Positions 39,184-48,104 of a stretch of DNA of 64,000 nt are shown here, in pieces (position 1 is the stretch's first letter; each line of letters starts with the position of its first letter). The notes beneath the pieces were generated by a model. That model was not told the DNA's origin and searched no databases. It saw only the letters and a list, made by a program, of their open reading frames with translations. The stretch lies in assembly GCA_031379415.1 (NCBI GenBank), contig JANNFE010000166.1, positions 156-64,155 on the forward strand. The letters run 5' to 3'. Made by a program: the position numbers and the translations under genes. Source of the stretch: Betaproteobacteria bacterium (GTDB lineage Bacteria; Pseudomonadota; Gammaproteobacteria; Burkholderiales; Burkholderiaceae_C).

Positions 39184-39684
39184 TCAGGTCCCGGCGCGCC
39201 TGGCCTCTGGCGAGTACAGGTCCAGCAGCTGCACGCGCGTGGCACGCAGCCGCTCCGACACCACGCCCATCAGCCGCAGCATGAAGACCAGGCCGAACTC
39301 GGGCGCGGCCTTGAAGCTGGCCAGCAGCTGTTCACCTTCGAAGGCCAGCGCGGTGACGGGTTCCAGCGCGCGCGCCTGGAAGTGCTTGCCGGCATGCGGC
39401 AGCAGCGCCGACCAGTCGAAGGCGTCGCCGGCATAGACCGTCTGCACCCGCAGCACCTGGCCGGGGACTTCGAGCTCCAGCGCCACCATGCCTACACCCA
39501 GCAGGTAGAACACCGAGTAGTCGTCGCCCTCGTGGAAGATGATCTGCCCGGCATCGAAGTGCACCTGCTGCGCCATCTCGGCCAGGCGGGCCACGTGTTC
39601 CGGCTGGAACTCGGCCACGAAGGGGTGCTGTTGCAGCACGGGCAGGAGCGTGGGCAGGAGCGTGGGCAAGAGCGTGGGCGTCAT
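39184..39684 (-). CDS. Stand-alone cyclic-nucleotide-binding (Crp-type effector) domain protein
   Basis: F.AGQ.IF.EG.....FYL...G.V.LE, G..F.WSAL, F.A.A; no HTH. Confidence 0.82.
   Translation of the reverse strand: MTPTLLPTLLPTLLPVLQQHPFVAEFQPEHVARLAEMAQQVHFDAGQIIFHEGDDYSVFYLLGVGMVALELEVPGQVLRVQTVYAGDAFDWSALLPHAGKHFQARALEPVTALAFEGEQLLASFKAAPEFGLVFMLRLMGVVSERLRATRVQLLDLYSPEARRAGT
39640..39679. repeat. 3 x 12-bp tandem repeat GGGCA(G/A)GAGCGT (encodes TLLP x3)
   Basis: Direct reading at the 5' end of the cNMP gene: MTPTLLPTLLPTLLPV. Confidence 0.85.
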
Positions 39685-39738
39685 GGCAGGGCTCCCGAAG
39701 GCGGTCGGGCGATTCTGCGGCGCAGGCGGGCGCGCGGC

Positions 39739-39752
39739 TTGACCTTGCGCAA
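39739..39752. promoter_or_regulatory. FNR-like box TTGAC-CTTG-CGCAA
   Basis: Identical 14-mer also at 42988; 54 bp upstream of the cNMP gene. Confidence 0.5.
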
Positions 39753-39759
39753 GGCGCCG

Positions 39760-41106
39760 TCAGCCCGCCGCGGCCACCACGCGCTGCAGCTTGCCGCTGC
39801 GGCCCAGCGGCAGTGCAGCGGCCACGCGCGTGGTGATGTGCAGGCCCACCACGCCCTGCTGTCGCGCGAAGTCGACCAGCAGCTCGCGGCACCGCTCGCG
39901 CACGGCCGGCGTGTGCGGCACGCCGGGGCCCAGCGTCAGGCACCAGCGCTGCGCGGCCTGCTGGCGCAGCTGGAAATCGAAGACACCGGCGCCGTCTTCC
40001 AGCACCGTGGTCAGCGCCAGCGGCAGCAGCATCAGCGGCCGGCCGTCGCGGCCGGGCGCCACCAGCACGTCGTCGCGGCGCCCCTGCACCTGCAGCGTGG
40101 GCAGCGGCGAGCCGCAGGGGCAGCGCACGACGTCGAAGGCGATGCGGTCGCCGATGTCGAAGCGGATCAGCGGCTGCACATGGTTGGCCAGGTTGGTGAG
40201 CAGCGTGGTGTGCGAGACCTGGCCCGCCGGCAGCGGCCGGTGCCGCGCGTCCACCGCTTCCAGGATCACCCAGTCGCTGTTCACGTGCAGGCGCTGCTGC
40301 GCACATTCCCAGGCGATGGGCAGGAACTCCGAAGCGCCGTAGCTGTTGCGCACCGTGCAGCCGAAGGCGCGCTCGATGTGCGTGCGCATGGCCGGCGTCA
40401 GTGTCTCGCCGCCGGTCCACAGCTCGGTCGGGCGGATGTGCAGCGTGCCGCGCTGCTGTTCTTCGGCCAGCAGCACCGCCGCCGTGGGGTAGGTGGCCAG
40501 CACGCTGGGCGCCCAGGCGTTGAGCTGCTCCACCAGGGCCGGCGTCGGCTGCAGGATCGAGAAGCTGCGCAAGCCGTGGGCCAGCCAGGGGTTGAGCACG
40601 CGCAGGCGCTGCACCGTCACCTGGCTGGCAAAGTGGCCGCCGACGGCGCCGACGAAGGCATAACGCTCGAACAGGCCGAAAGGATCGAACAGCCGGGCCC
40701 ATGGCCGCGTGCTGCTGCGTCGTGTGGCCTCCAGCGCGTCGTACACGGCCATGGCCTGCGGATCCTGCACGAAGATGCCGGGCTGCCCGGTGCTGCCGGA
40801 ACTTTCCCAGACGTGGTGACGGCCGAGGAAGCGGTCGCCGATGCGCTGCGCATCGGCGCAGAAGGCGCGCAGTGCCGGCAGCGTGACCTCAGGGTCGGCC
40901 AGGTGGTCGGCGAAGTGGGCCATCAGCTGCGGCTTGCCGCTCACCGGCAGCGCCGACAGGGGCGTGGCGCCGGGGTCGCGGCCGGCCAGCAGGCGGCGGT
41001 AATGCGGCGTGCATTGCGCCGCCGTCAGCAGATCTGCCAGCCGCTGCGCCTGCCGGTCTGCGATGCCCTGGGGCGTCGCGTGGCTTGCCTCGGCGATGTC
41101 GAGCAT
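39760..41106 (-). CDS. Phenylacetate-CoA ligase (PaaK)-like adenylate-forming enzyme
   Basis: L..LP...K..LM..F, ESSGSTGQP, YPT, GGE.L, YG.SE, LTNL.N..QPLIR.D.GD, C.CGSP, GR.DD, SGK. Confidence 0.85.
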   Translation of the reverse strand: MLDIAEASHATPQGIADRQAQRLADLLTAAQCTPHYRRLLAGRDPGATPLSALPVSGKPQLMAHFADHLADPEVTLPALRAFCADAQRIGDRFLGRHHVWESSGSTGQPGIFVQDPQAMAVYDALEATRRSSTRPWARLFDPFGLFERYAFVGAVGGHFASQVTVQRLRVLNPWLAHGLRSFSILQPTPALVEQLNAWAPSVLATYPTAAVLLAEEQQRGTLHIRPTELWTGGETLTPAMRTHIERAFGCTVRNSYGASEFLPIAWECAQQRLHVNSDWVILEAVDARHRPLPAGQVSHTTLLTNLANHVQPLIRFDIGDRIAFDVVRCPCGSPLPTLQVQGRRDDVLVAPGRDGRPLMLLPLALTTVLEDGAGVFDFQLRQQAAQRWCLTLGPGVPHTPAVRERCRELLVDFARQQGVVGLHITTRVAAALPLGRSGKLQRVVAAAG

Positions 41107-41123
41107 GACCGCGGCCAGCGCCT

Positions 41124-42899
41124 TCAGTCGGTGTAGCACTGGCGCACGTAGGCGCCCGGCGCCGCACCCAGCCCCAACACCGCCGACACCGCCGGCAACC
41201 GCCGGCCGCGCCGCAGCGGCGACGAGTGCGCCGCCAGCCAGCGCTGCCAGGCCGGCCACCACGAGCCTTCGTGGCGCGCTGCGGCGGCCTGCCATTCGTC
41301 GGAGCTGCTCCACGGCCCCTGCGCTGGCCGCAGGGCGATGCGATAGCTGCGCCCGGCATGCCCCGGCTCGCTGACGATGCCGGCGTTGTGGCCACCGCTG
41401 GCCAGCACGAAGGTGATCTCGGCGTCGCACAGGCGGTGCAGCTGGTAGACCGAGGGCCAGGGCGAGACATGGTCGCGCTCGGTGCCGACCAGGAAGACGG
41501 GCCTGCGGATGTCGCCCAGCGACACCGCACGACCGTCGACGCGGTAGCTGCCGATGGCGAGCTGGTTCTCCAGGTACAGCGTCTGCAGGTATTCGCGGTG
41601 CATGCGCGCCGGCATGCGCGTGGTGTCGGCGTTCCAGGCCATCAGGTCGTTCGGCTGCTCACGTTCGCCCAGCAGGACCTCGCGCATGCGCCGCGTCCAC
41701 ACCAGGTCGCGCGAGTGCAGGAACTGGAAGGAACCGGCCATCTGCCGGCCCGTCAGGTAACCGGGGCCGCGCGTCACCTCGTCCAGGAAGTGGAGCTGGC
41801 TCTCGTCGATGAAGAGGCCCAGCTCGCCGGGCTGCGAGAAGTCGGTCTGCGCGGCCAGCAGCGTCAGCGTGGCCAGCGGCGGCAGGCCGTCGGCGCTGGC
41901 GTCACCGGCGAGCGCCGCTGCGGCGATGGCCAGCAGCGTGCCACCCAGGCAGTAGCCCATCGCGTGCACCGGGCGGCTTCGACCATCATCCAGCCTGCCG
42001 ATGGCACGCAGGGCGTCGAACACGCCCAGGCGCAGGTAGTCATCCATCGTCAGCTCGCGGTCCTCGGCGCCGGGGTTGCGCCACGACAGCATGTACACGG
42101 TGTGGCCCTGGCGCACGAGGTAGCGCACCAGGCTGTTGTGCGGCGACAGGTCGAGGATGTAGTACTTCATGATCCACGACGGCACGATGAACACCGGCTC
42201 GGGATGCACTTTCGCCGTCTGCGCGTCGTAGCGTATGAGCTCGACGAGGTGGTTGCGGTACACCACCTGCCCGGGTGTCACCGCCACGTCGCGCCCGACC
42301 TCGAAGTGCGGCGCCGGCCCTTGGTCGGCCACGTCGGGCAGCCCGGCCACGTCGGCCAGCCAGTGGCGTGCGCCGCGCAGCAGGTGCGTGCCGCCCGAAG
42401 CCACGGCGTCGTTCAGCGCCACCGGATTGGTGGGCAGCCAGTTGGCCGGCGCCGCCATGCCCAGCCACTGGCGCGCAAAGAACTGCGTCAGCGCGGCGTG
42501 GTGCGCGGTCATGCCGGGCACGCTGGCAGCTTCGCGCCAGTAGGCCTCGCTGTTCCTGAAGCCGCGGCGCACCAGGTTCCAGGGCCACTCGGCCCAGGCC
42601 GGATCGCGGAAGCGCGGGTCGTCGTCGACGGCGCCGCTCGGTGCCTCGTCGTGGCCGGCGCCGGGACGCCACATGTCGGTGGCCAACTGCCGGGCCCGCG
42701 CCGCCAATGCCAGCTGGCGGCCAGGCGACAGCGCCAGGTGCCAGCCCCAGTCGGCCCAGGCCAGCGCCAGCGACACCGGCGACAGCCCGCCGGTCCACTG
42801 CGCCGCCTGGGCATGCAGCAGGCGGTCGAGCCGGTCGGTGAGCGCTTCGGCGACGGCAGACGCTTCCCCGGCAGGCAGGCGGACAGTTCTTGGTTTCAT
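41124..42899 (-). CDS. phaC: Polyhydroxyalkanoate synthase (class I-like, with PhbC_N domain)
   Basis: T.GLSP.SL.LA..DW..HL..SPG.Q, DDPRF.DP.W..WP, F.VGRDVAVTPG.VV, P.WIMKYYILDL, lipase box GYCLGG, D(H), SGGHNAG. Confidence 0.92.
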   Translation of the reverse strand: MKPRTVRLPAGEASAVAEALTDRLDRLLHAQAAQWTGGLSPVSLALAWADWGWHLALSPGRQLALAARARQLATDMWRPGAGHDEAPSGAVDDDPRFRDPAWAEWPWNLVRRGFRNSEAYWREAASVPGMTAHHAALTQFFARQWLGMAAPANWLPTNPVALNDAVASGGTHLLRGARHWLADVAGLPDVADQGPAPHFEVGRDVAVTPGQVVYRNHLVELIRYDAQTAKVHPEPVFIVPSWIMKYYILDLSPHNSLVRYLVRQGHTVYMLSWRNPGAEDRELTMDDYLRLGVFDALRAIGRLDDGRSRPVHAMGYCLGGTLLAIAAAALAGDASADGLPPLATLTLLAAQTDFSQPGELGLFIDESQLHFLDEVTRGPGYLTGRQMAGSFQFLHSRDLVWTRRMREVLLGEREQPNDLMAWNADTTRMPARMHREYLQTLYLENQLAIGSYRVDGRAVSLGDIRRPVFLVGTERDHVSPWPSVYQLHRLCDAEITFVLASGGHNAGIVSEPGHAGRSYRIALRPAQGPWSSSDEWQAAAARHEGSWWPAWQRWLAAHSSPLRRGRRLPAVSAVLGLGAAPGAYVRQCYTD

Positions 42900-42987
42900 G
42901 GCAGCTACCTCGTCCGCTGGCCGGGCCCGATCGCACAGGCGAGCGGCGGCATGAATGCCATCTTGTGGCGCCGCGCGGCGGCCCGAG

Positions 42988-43001
42988 TTGACCTTGCGCA
43001 A
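42988..43001. promoter_or_regulatory. FNR-like box TTGAC-CTTG-CGCAA
   Basis: In the divergent phaC/cfa intergenic region; identical to the 39739 site. Confidence 0.5.
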
Positions 43002-43055
43002 CGCCGCGCGCACGCTGCGCCTTATGTTGGCGGCTCTGCAAGGAGATGCGCGGCC

Positions 43056-44306
43056 ATGCCTGCACTCACCGCATTGCTCGACACCCGGCTGGCGCAGCTG
43101 CCGCGCAGCCTGTCGCTGGTCTGGCCCGGCGGGCACCTCGGCGCCGCTGCGGGCGCCGTGCGCCTGACGCTGCGCCACCGCCGCGCCCTGGCCTGGCTGG
43201 CGCGCGGGCGCATCGGCGCCCTGGCCGACGCCTACGTCAACGGCGAGCTCGAGATCGACGGCGAGATGCGCGACGTGATGGCCGTGGCTGCCGCGCTGGT
43301 GGGCGACCCCGTGGCCCTGGGCTCGGCCACCACCTGGCCGCGCTGGCTGCAGACCTGGCGCTCGCGCTGGTTGCACGCGAGCCGGCGCGACGCCGAGCAG
43401 GTGCGCTTCCACTACGACGTCGGCGACCGCTTCTACGCGCTGTGGCTGGACCCGCGGCGCGTCTACTCCTGCGCCTACTGGGCCAGCGAGGCGCTGACGC
43501 TGGCGCAGGCCCAGGAAGCCAAGCTCGAACACGTCTGCCGCAAGCTGCGGCTGGCGCCGGGGCTGCGCCTGCTGGACATCGGCTGCGGCTGGGGCGCGCT
43601 GCTGCTGTGGGCCGCCGAACATCATGGCGTGAACGCGGTCGGCATCACGCTGTCGCGCAACCAGCACGCGCACGTGAGCCGGCTGATCGAGGAACGCGGC
43701 CTCGGTGGCCGCGTGGAAGTACGACTGGCCGACTACCGCGAGCTGCCGCCCGGGGGCGACTTCGACGCCATCGCCTCCATCGGCATGTTCGAGCATGTGG
43801 GCCGCGCAAGGCTGCCGGCCTACTTTGCCGGCCTGCATGGCCTGCTGAAGCCGGGCGGCCTGGTGCTGAACCACGGCATCACGGCTGGTGGCCTGCACAA
43901 CCGCCAGCTGGGTGCGGGCATGGGCGACTTCATCGAGAAGCACATCTTCCCCGGCGGTGAGCTGGAGCACGTGTCCTGCGTCACCGAAAGCCTGGCGCGC
44001 GGCGGCCTGGAACTGCTGGACAGCGAGAACCTGCGCCCGCACTACGCGCGCACGCTGTGGGCCTGGTCAGGCGCACTGGAGCGCCAGCTGGCGGCAGCGC
44101 GCGCGCTCACCAGCGAACGCACGGTGCGCGCCTACCGCCTGTACCTGGCCGGCTGCGCGATGTGCTTCGAACAGGGCTGGCTGTCGCTGCACCAGCTGCT
44201 GGCCAGCCGGCCGGACGCGATAGGCGACCATGGACAGATGCGCGGGGCGCAGTCGGTGTATCCATTCAGGCGCGGGTACATGTACGGCTCGTGTCGGGTG
44301 GGGTAG
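43056..44306 (+). CDS. cfa: Cyclopropane-fatty-acyl-phospholipid synthase family methyltransferase
   Basis: HYDVG..FY.LWLD.R.VYSCAY, LAQAQ.AKL..VCRKL.L.PG.RLLDIGCGWG, S.GMFEHVG, IFP.GEL, ENLR.HYA.TL..W; AAGGAG SD. Confidence 0.9.
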   Translation: MPALTALLDTRLAQLPRSLSLVWPGGHLGAAAGAVRLTLRHRRALAWLARGRIGALADAYVNGELEIDGEMRDVMAVAAALVGDPVALGSATTWPRWLQTWRSRWLHASRRDAEQVRFHYDVGDRFYALWLDPRRVYSCAYWASEALTLAQAQEAKLEHVCRKLRLAPGLRLLDIGCGWGALLLWAAEHHGVNAVGITLSRNQHAHVSRLIEERGLGGRVEVRLADYRELPPGGDFDAIASIGMFEHVGRARLPAYFAGLHGLLKPGGLVLNHGITAGGLHNRQLGAGMGDFIEKHIFPGGELEHVSCVTESLARGGLELLDSENLRPHYARTLWAWSGALERQLAAARALTSERTVRAYRLYLAGCAMCFEQGWLSLHQLLASRPDAIGDHGQMRGAQSVYPFRRGYMYGSCRVG

Positions 44307-44377
44307 GCGTGCTGCGCACCACCATGAAGGCCGCACAGGCGCCCGCTCACGCCCCGGCGAGGGCGGCGCTCGTCCCG

Positions 44378-45289
44378 TCAGCCGGTGATGATCGGTCGCA
44401 GCGTCTCAATCTCGCTGACGATGAAGTCGAAGAAGGCCGACACGCGCGGTGTCTGGCGCAGTTCCGGCGTCGTCAGCAGGCGCCAGATGCGGGTGAGCTC
44501 CGGCACCGGCCCGATCACCTGCACCAGGTCCGGTTCGGCGTCGCCCAGCGCGACGGGCAAGGGTGCGACGCCGACACCGGCCTTGACCGAGTAGACGAGC
44601 CCCAGCACGCTGTTGCTGCGCGCGGCGAAACGGGCCTCGGGCGCCACCTTCTGCATCCAGGCGGCGATGCGGTGGCGGGCCATGGTGTCGTCGAAGCCGA
44701 CCAGCGCGTGCCGCGCCAGGTCCTCGATCTGCTCGGGCCGGCCGTGAGCCTGGATGTAGCCCTGGCTCGCGTAGATGGCCCAGATGGAGTCGCCGATCTT
44801 GCGGCCCACGAGTTCACCGTCATCGGTGTCACCGGAACGCAGCGCCACGTCGGCCTCGCCCTTCGTGAGATCGACATACTTGTCGCTCATGACGAAATGC
44901 ACCTCCAGGGCCGGATGGCGCGCGCGGAAACGGTCCAGCAAGCCCGACCGCGTGATGCGCAAGACGATGGGTTCGGGGCATGTGACGCGGATGACGCCGG
45001 CCACGGCGGCAGCCGCCGTGGCCACCTGCTGTTCGAACGCCGTCACGGCCTGTTCCACGCGCTGGGCGTGCGGCAGCAGGGCCTGCCCGAACTCGGTCAG
45101 CCGGTAGCCGCTGGGCAGGCGCTGCACCAGCGCCTGGCCGATGCGCCGTTCCAGTTCGGCCAGCCGCCGCTGCACGGTGGACTGGTCGACACCCAAGGCG
45201 CGGCCAGCGGCCAGCGTGCTGCCATGGCGTGCAACGGCCAGCAGGTGCTTGAGGTCGTCCCAGTCGAAGCCGTGGGGGGTATGCGCCAT
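44378..45289 (-). CDS. LysR family transcriptional regulator
   Basis: DWDDL..LLAVAR.GS..AA.R.LGVDQSTV.RR..ELE, G.IRVT.P, DL..GEADVALR. Confidence 0.93.
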   Translation of the reverse strand: MAHTPHGFDWDDLKHLLAVARHGSTLAAGRALGVDQSTVQRRLAELERRIGQALVQRLPSGYRLTEFGQALLPHAQRVEQAVTAFEQQVATAAAAVAGVIRVTCPEPIVLRITRSGLLDRFRARHPALEVHFVMSDKYVDLTKGEADVALRSGDTDDGELVGRKIGDSIWAIYASQGYIQAHGRPEQIEDLARHALVGFDDTMARHRIAAWMQKVAPEARFAARSNSVLGLVYSVKAGVGVAPLPVALGDAEPDLVQVIGPVPELTRIWRLLTTPELRQTPRVSAFFDFIVSEIETLRPIITG

Positions 45290-45351
45290 TGCGGCCCCAT
45301 TCTGCAGTCTTGCGCCTTACGGCGCGCGGCCTGGCCACCTAGGCTCAGCCC

Positions 45352-46227
45352 ATGAACACATCCATCACCCCAGCGCAGGCCTTCAAGTCCGCCATGCGCG
45401 CCCAGTGGGACACGGCAGCGCCGGGTTGGAACGCCCACACCGCGGACATCCGGGCCTGGCTGAGGCGGCCGACCGAAGCCATGTGCCTGATGGCCGGTGT
45501 GACCGCGGGCTCGCGTGTGCTCGACGTGGCCGCCGGGGCGGGCGACCAGACGCTGACCGTGGCCGAACTGGTGGGGCCGCGCGGCCATGTGCTGGCCACC
45601 GACCTGTCGCCCGCCATCGTGGCGCTGGCACAGCAGAACGCGGCCCGCGCCGGCTTCAGCCAGGTCCAGACGCGGGTCGCCGATGGTGAAGACCTGGGCG
45701 TCGCCGAGGCCTCGTTTGATGCCGCGATCTGCCGCCTGGGGCTGATGTTCTTCGCCGATCCCTTGCAGGGCTTGCGCGAGATGCACCGTGCGCTGCGGCC
45801 CGGCGGCGGCCTGTGCACGATGGTGTTCTCACGCCCCGAGAAGAACCCGTGCCTGACGATCCTGATGTCGACGGCGCTCCGGCATGCCGGCCTGCCGGCC
45901 CGCGACCCTGCCCTGCCCGGTGGCCTGCTCAGCCTGGGCCAGCCGGGGCGCATCGACGGGCTCTTCAGGGACGCCGGCTTCCACGACGTGGCCACTACGG
46001 CGATCGAGGCCGTGTTCCGCGCGCCGTCGGTCGATCACTACCTCGCCTTCGTGCGCAGCTCGGCCGGCCCCGTCATGGACATCCTCGGGCGTCTCGACGC
46101 GGCCGTGGCCGAAGCGGCCTGGTCCGAGATACGGGAGCGCCTGGACACCTACACGCGCCCCGCAGGCTGGGAAGGCCCCAACGAGTTGTTGCTGACGGCC
46201 GGACGGCGGCCCCGGGAGCCGTCATGA
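45352..46227 (+). CDS. Class I SAM-dependent methyltransferase (UbiE-like)
   Basis: GSRVLDVAAGAGD, V.A.DLS, DGE.L....SFD...CRLGLMFF.DP. Confidence 0.88.
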   Translation: MNTSITPAQAFKSAMRAQWDTAAPGWNAHTADIRAWLRRPTEAMCLMAGVTAGSRVLDVAAGAGDQTLTVAELVGPRGHVLATDLSPAIVALAQQNAARAGFSQVQTRVADGEDLGVAEASFDAAICRLGLMFFADPLQGLREMHRALRPGGGLCTMVFSRPEKNPCLTILMSTALRHAGLPARDPALPGGLLSLGQPGRIDGLFRDAGFHDVATTAIEAVFRAPSVDHYLAFVRSSAGPVMDILGRLDAAVAEAAWSEIRERLDTYTRPAGWEGPNELLLTAGRRPREPS

Positions 46228-47258
46228 AGCATGCGATGCACGATGAGCGCACGGCGCAGCGCCGGCAGCTCTTGCGCGCCGCAGCTGCAGGGCTCGCCGG
46301 CGGGGCCGCCCTGCTCTTCGGCCGCGCAGCCGCCGCGGCCACCGGGGCCAGCGGGGCCAGCAGCGACGTGATGCGCCTGTTGTGCAGCGGGCCGGCCGGC
46401 AGCATTCCCGACCTCATCGCCCGCGCCGTTGGCGACCAGTTGTTCAGCAGCAGCGGCCGGCGTGCCGTGATCGACAACCGGCCCGGTGCTGCCGGGCAGA
46501 TCAGTGTCGGCGCCTTGAAGGCGGCCCCGGCCGATGGGGCAACCCTGCTGCTGGCACAGGGCGCCATCGCCACGGTCTATCCCGCGCTCTACGCCAGGCT
46601 GGCTTACGACCCCGCCGTCGACCTGCAGCCGGTGTCACTGGCCGGCGAGATGACGCTCGCTCTGGCGGTGGGCCCGGCGGTGCCGGCCGAGGTCACGACG
46701 CTGGCCGACTTCATCGCCTGGCTGCGCAAGCATCCCGGCAGCGCCAACATCGGCTCGCCGGGCACCGGCACCCTGCCTCATCTTCTGGAGGCCATGCTGT
46801 TCCGCGAGGCCGGAGTCGCATGGCAGCACGTGGCCTACTCCGGCGGCCCGCCGGCGGTGACCGACCTGCTGGGTGGCCAGATTGCCGCCTTGGCGCTGCC
46901 CGAGGGCCTGCTGCGGCAGCACCACGCCAGCCGGCGCGTGCGCGTGCTGGCGACCTCGGGATCGGTGCGCAGCGCCTACCTGCCCGAGGTGCCTTCGTTC
47001 GCCGAGCAGGGACACCCCGAGCTCGTGGTCAAGGAATGGTTCGCCTTCTTTGCTTCGGGCCGCGTGCCGAAGGCCGCCGTCGCCGCGGCCTCGTCGCTGC
47101 TGCAGGACGCCATCGCGCGGCCCGAGCTGGCGGCCATCTTTGCGCTGGCCGGCATGACGCCCGCGTCGAGTTCGCCCGCCGCGCTGGCGGCCCGCATCGC
47201 CCGTGAACAGCCCTACTGGCAGGCGGTGCTGCGCAGTCATCACATCCAGGCCGACTGA
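46224..47258 (+). CDS. Bug/TctC tripartite tricarboxylate transporter substrate-binding protein with Tat-like signal
   Basis: RRQLL signal; G..G..D..AR, V.DNRPGA.G.I, APADG.TLL, N.GSPG.G..PHL, HV.Y.GG.PA.TDLLGGQI, R.LA.SG..RS..LP.VP.F.E.G. Confidence 0.88.
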   Translation: MKHAMHDERTAQRRQLLRAAAAGLAGGAALLFGRAAAAATGASGASSDVMRLLCSGPAGSIPDLIARAVGDQLFSSSGRRAVIDNRPGAAGQISVGALKAAPADGATLLLAQGAIATVYPALYARLAYDPAVDLQPVSLAGEMTLALAVGPAVPAEVTTLADFIAWLRKHPGSANIGSPGTGTLPHLLEAMLFREAGVAWQHVAYSGGPPAVTDLLGGQIAALALPEGLLRQHHASRRVRVLATSGSVRSAYLPEVPSFAEQGHPELVVKEWFAFFASGRVPKAAVAAASSLLQDAIARPELAAIFALAGMTPASSSPAALAARIAREQPYWQAVLRSHHIQAD

Positions 47259-47280
47259 AGCGCTCGGGACAGGGCCTTCA

Positions 47281-47718
47281 TCACCCTTCGGCGGCAGCCG
47301 GCTGCAGTGCGGCGGAGGGAACTTCGTTCACGGCGGTGCTCGGCGCCGTCTTGTGCAACTGCCCGCGCACCGACGCACCCACATCCATCTGCAGATGCTC
47401 GTAGTGGATGACGCCGGTGACCTGCGCGTTCGACTTCAGCTCGAGGAAGTGCTCGATGTGCAGCTCGCCGACGATGGTGCCGTTGATGACGGCGTCACCG
47501 CAGCTGACATGGCCCTCGATGCGGCCCTTGTCCGACAGCACCAGCAAGGCACGCGCCGGGCCCGTGCCGGCGCGGCCGATGACCTTGCCCTTGATGCGGC
47601 CGTCGATGCGGATGCCGTGCGTGAAGCAGATGTCGCCAGTGATCTCGACGTCCTCGGCGATCAGGCTGGACAGCTTGTTCACGTCGATGAAAGGCGCCTT
47701 CTTGGGCTTGGCGAACAT
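47281..47718 (-). CDS. Bactofilin (polymer-forming cytoskeletal protein)
   Basis: SLIA...I.GDI.F..G.RIDG.I.G.V, G.I.G.V....VI.GT.VG, ELK..A.V.G.I.Y..L.M..GA.V.G.L. Confidence 0.9.
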   Translation of the reverse strand: MFAKPKKAPFIDVNKLSSLIAEDVEITGDICFTHGIRIDGRIKGKVIGRAGTGPARALLVLSDKGRIEGHVSCGDAVINGTIVGELHIEHFLELKSNAQVTGVIHYEHLQMDVGASVRGQLHKTAPSTAVNEVPSAALQPAAAEG

Positions 47719-47746
47719 GGTGGGGGCTCGTGGGGGTGCAGGTTGG

Positions 47747-48100
47747 CTAGCGCGCGGTGTCGCGGCCCTTGCGGAAGAAGGTCACTTCGTCCAGGCAGGT
47801 GCGCAAGCGCTGGTTGAGGCCGTCGATCTGGTGCTCCAGTTCACGGCCGTGGGCTTCGGACATCTGCAGCTGCAGGCGCGTCTGGGCCAGCGCCTGCTCG
47901 GCCTGGTGCAAGTCCTTCATCGGCGCGGCGTCCTGGCGCCACGGCGCCTGCTGGCCGCGCCAGTAGACGTGGCTGCCGGCAGCGCCGACGAGCAGCGCCA
48001 CCACCAGGGCCGCAGCGTGCACCCACCGACGCCGACGCCGGCCCCCGGGTTCCAGCACCAGCTGCACGCGGGCAAGGTCTTGCGCGCGGGTCGGCCACAC
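47747..48100 (-). CDS. Single-TM coiled-coil hypothetical protein between M23 peptidase and bactofilin
   Basis: GTG start with GAGAAG SD, TM WVHAAALVVALLVGAAG, heptads ending EV.FF. Confidence 0.65.
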   Translation of the reverse strand: MWPTRAQDLARVQLVLEPGGRRRRRWVHAAALVVALLVGAAGSHVYWRGQQAPWRQDAAPMKDLHQAEQALAQTRLQLQMSEAHGRELEHQIDGLNQRLRTCLDEVTFFRKGRDTAR

Positions 48101-48104
48101 CTTC

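Noticed and set aside
41124-44306. 972-aa and 1026-aa ORFs suggesting PhaC or Cfa fusions
   Set aside because: Each extension is the antisense shadow of the divergent neighbour; real starts are 42899 (phaC) and 43056 (cfa, AAGGAG SD).
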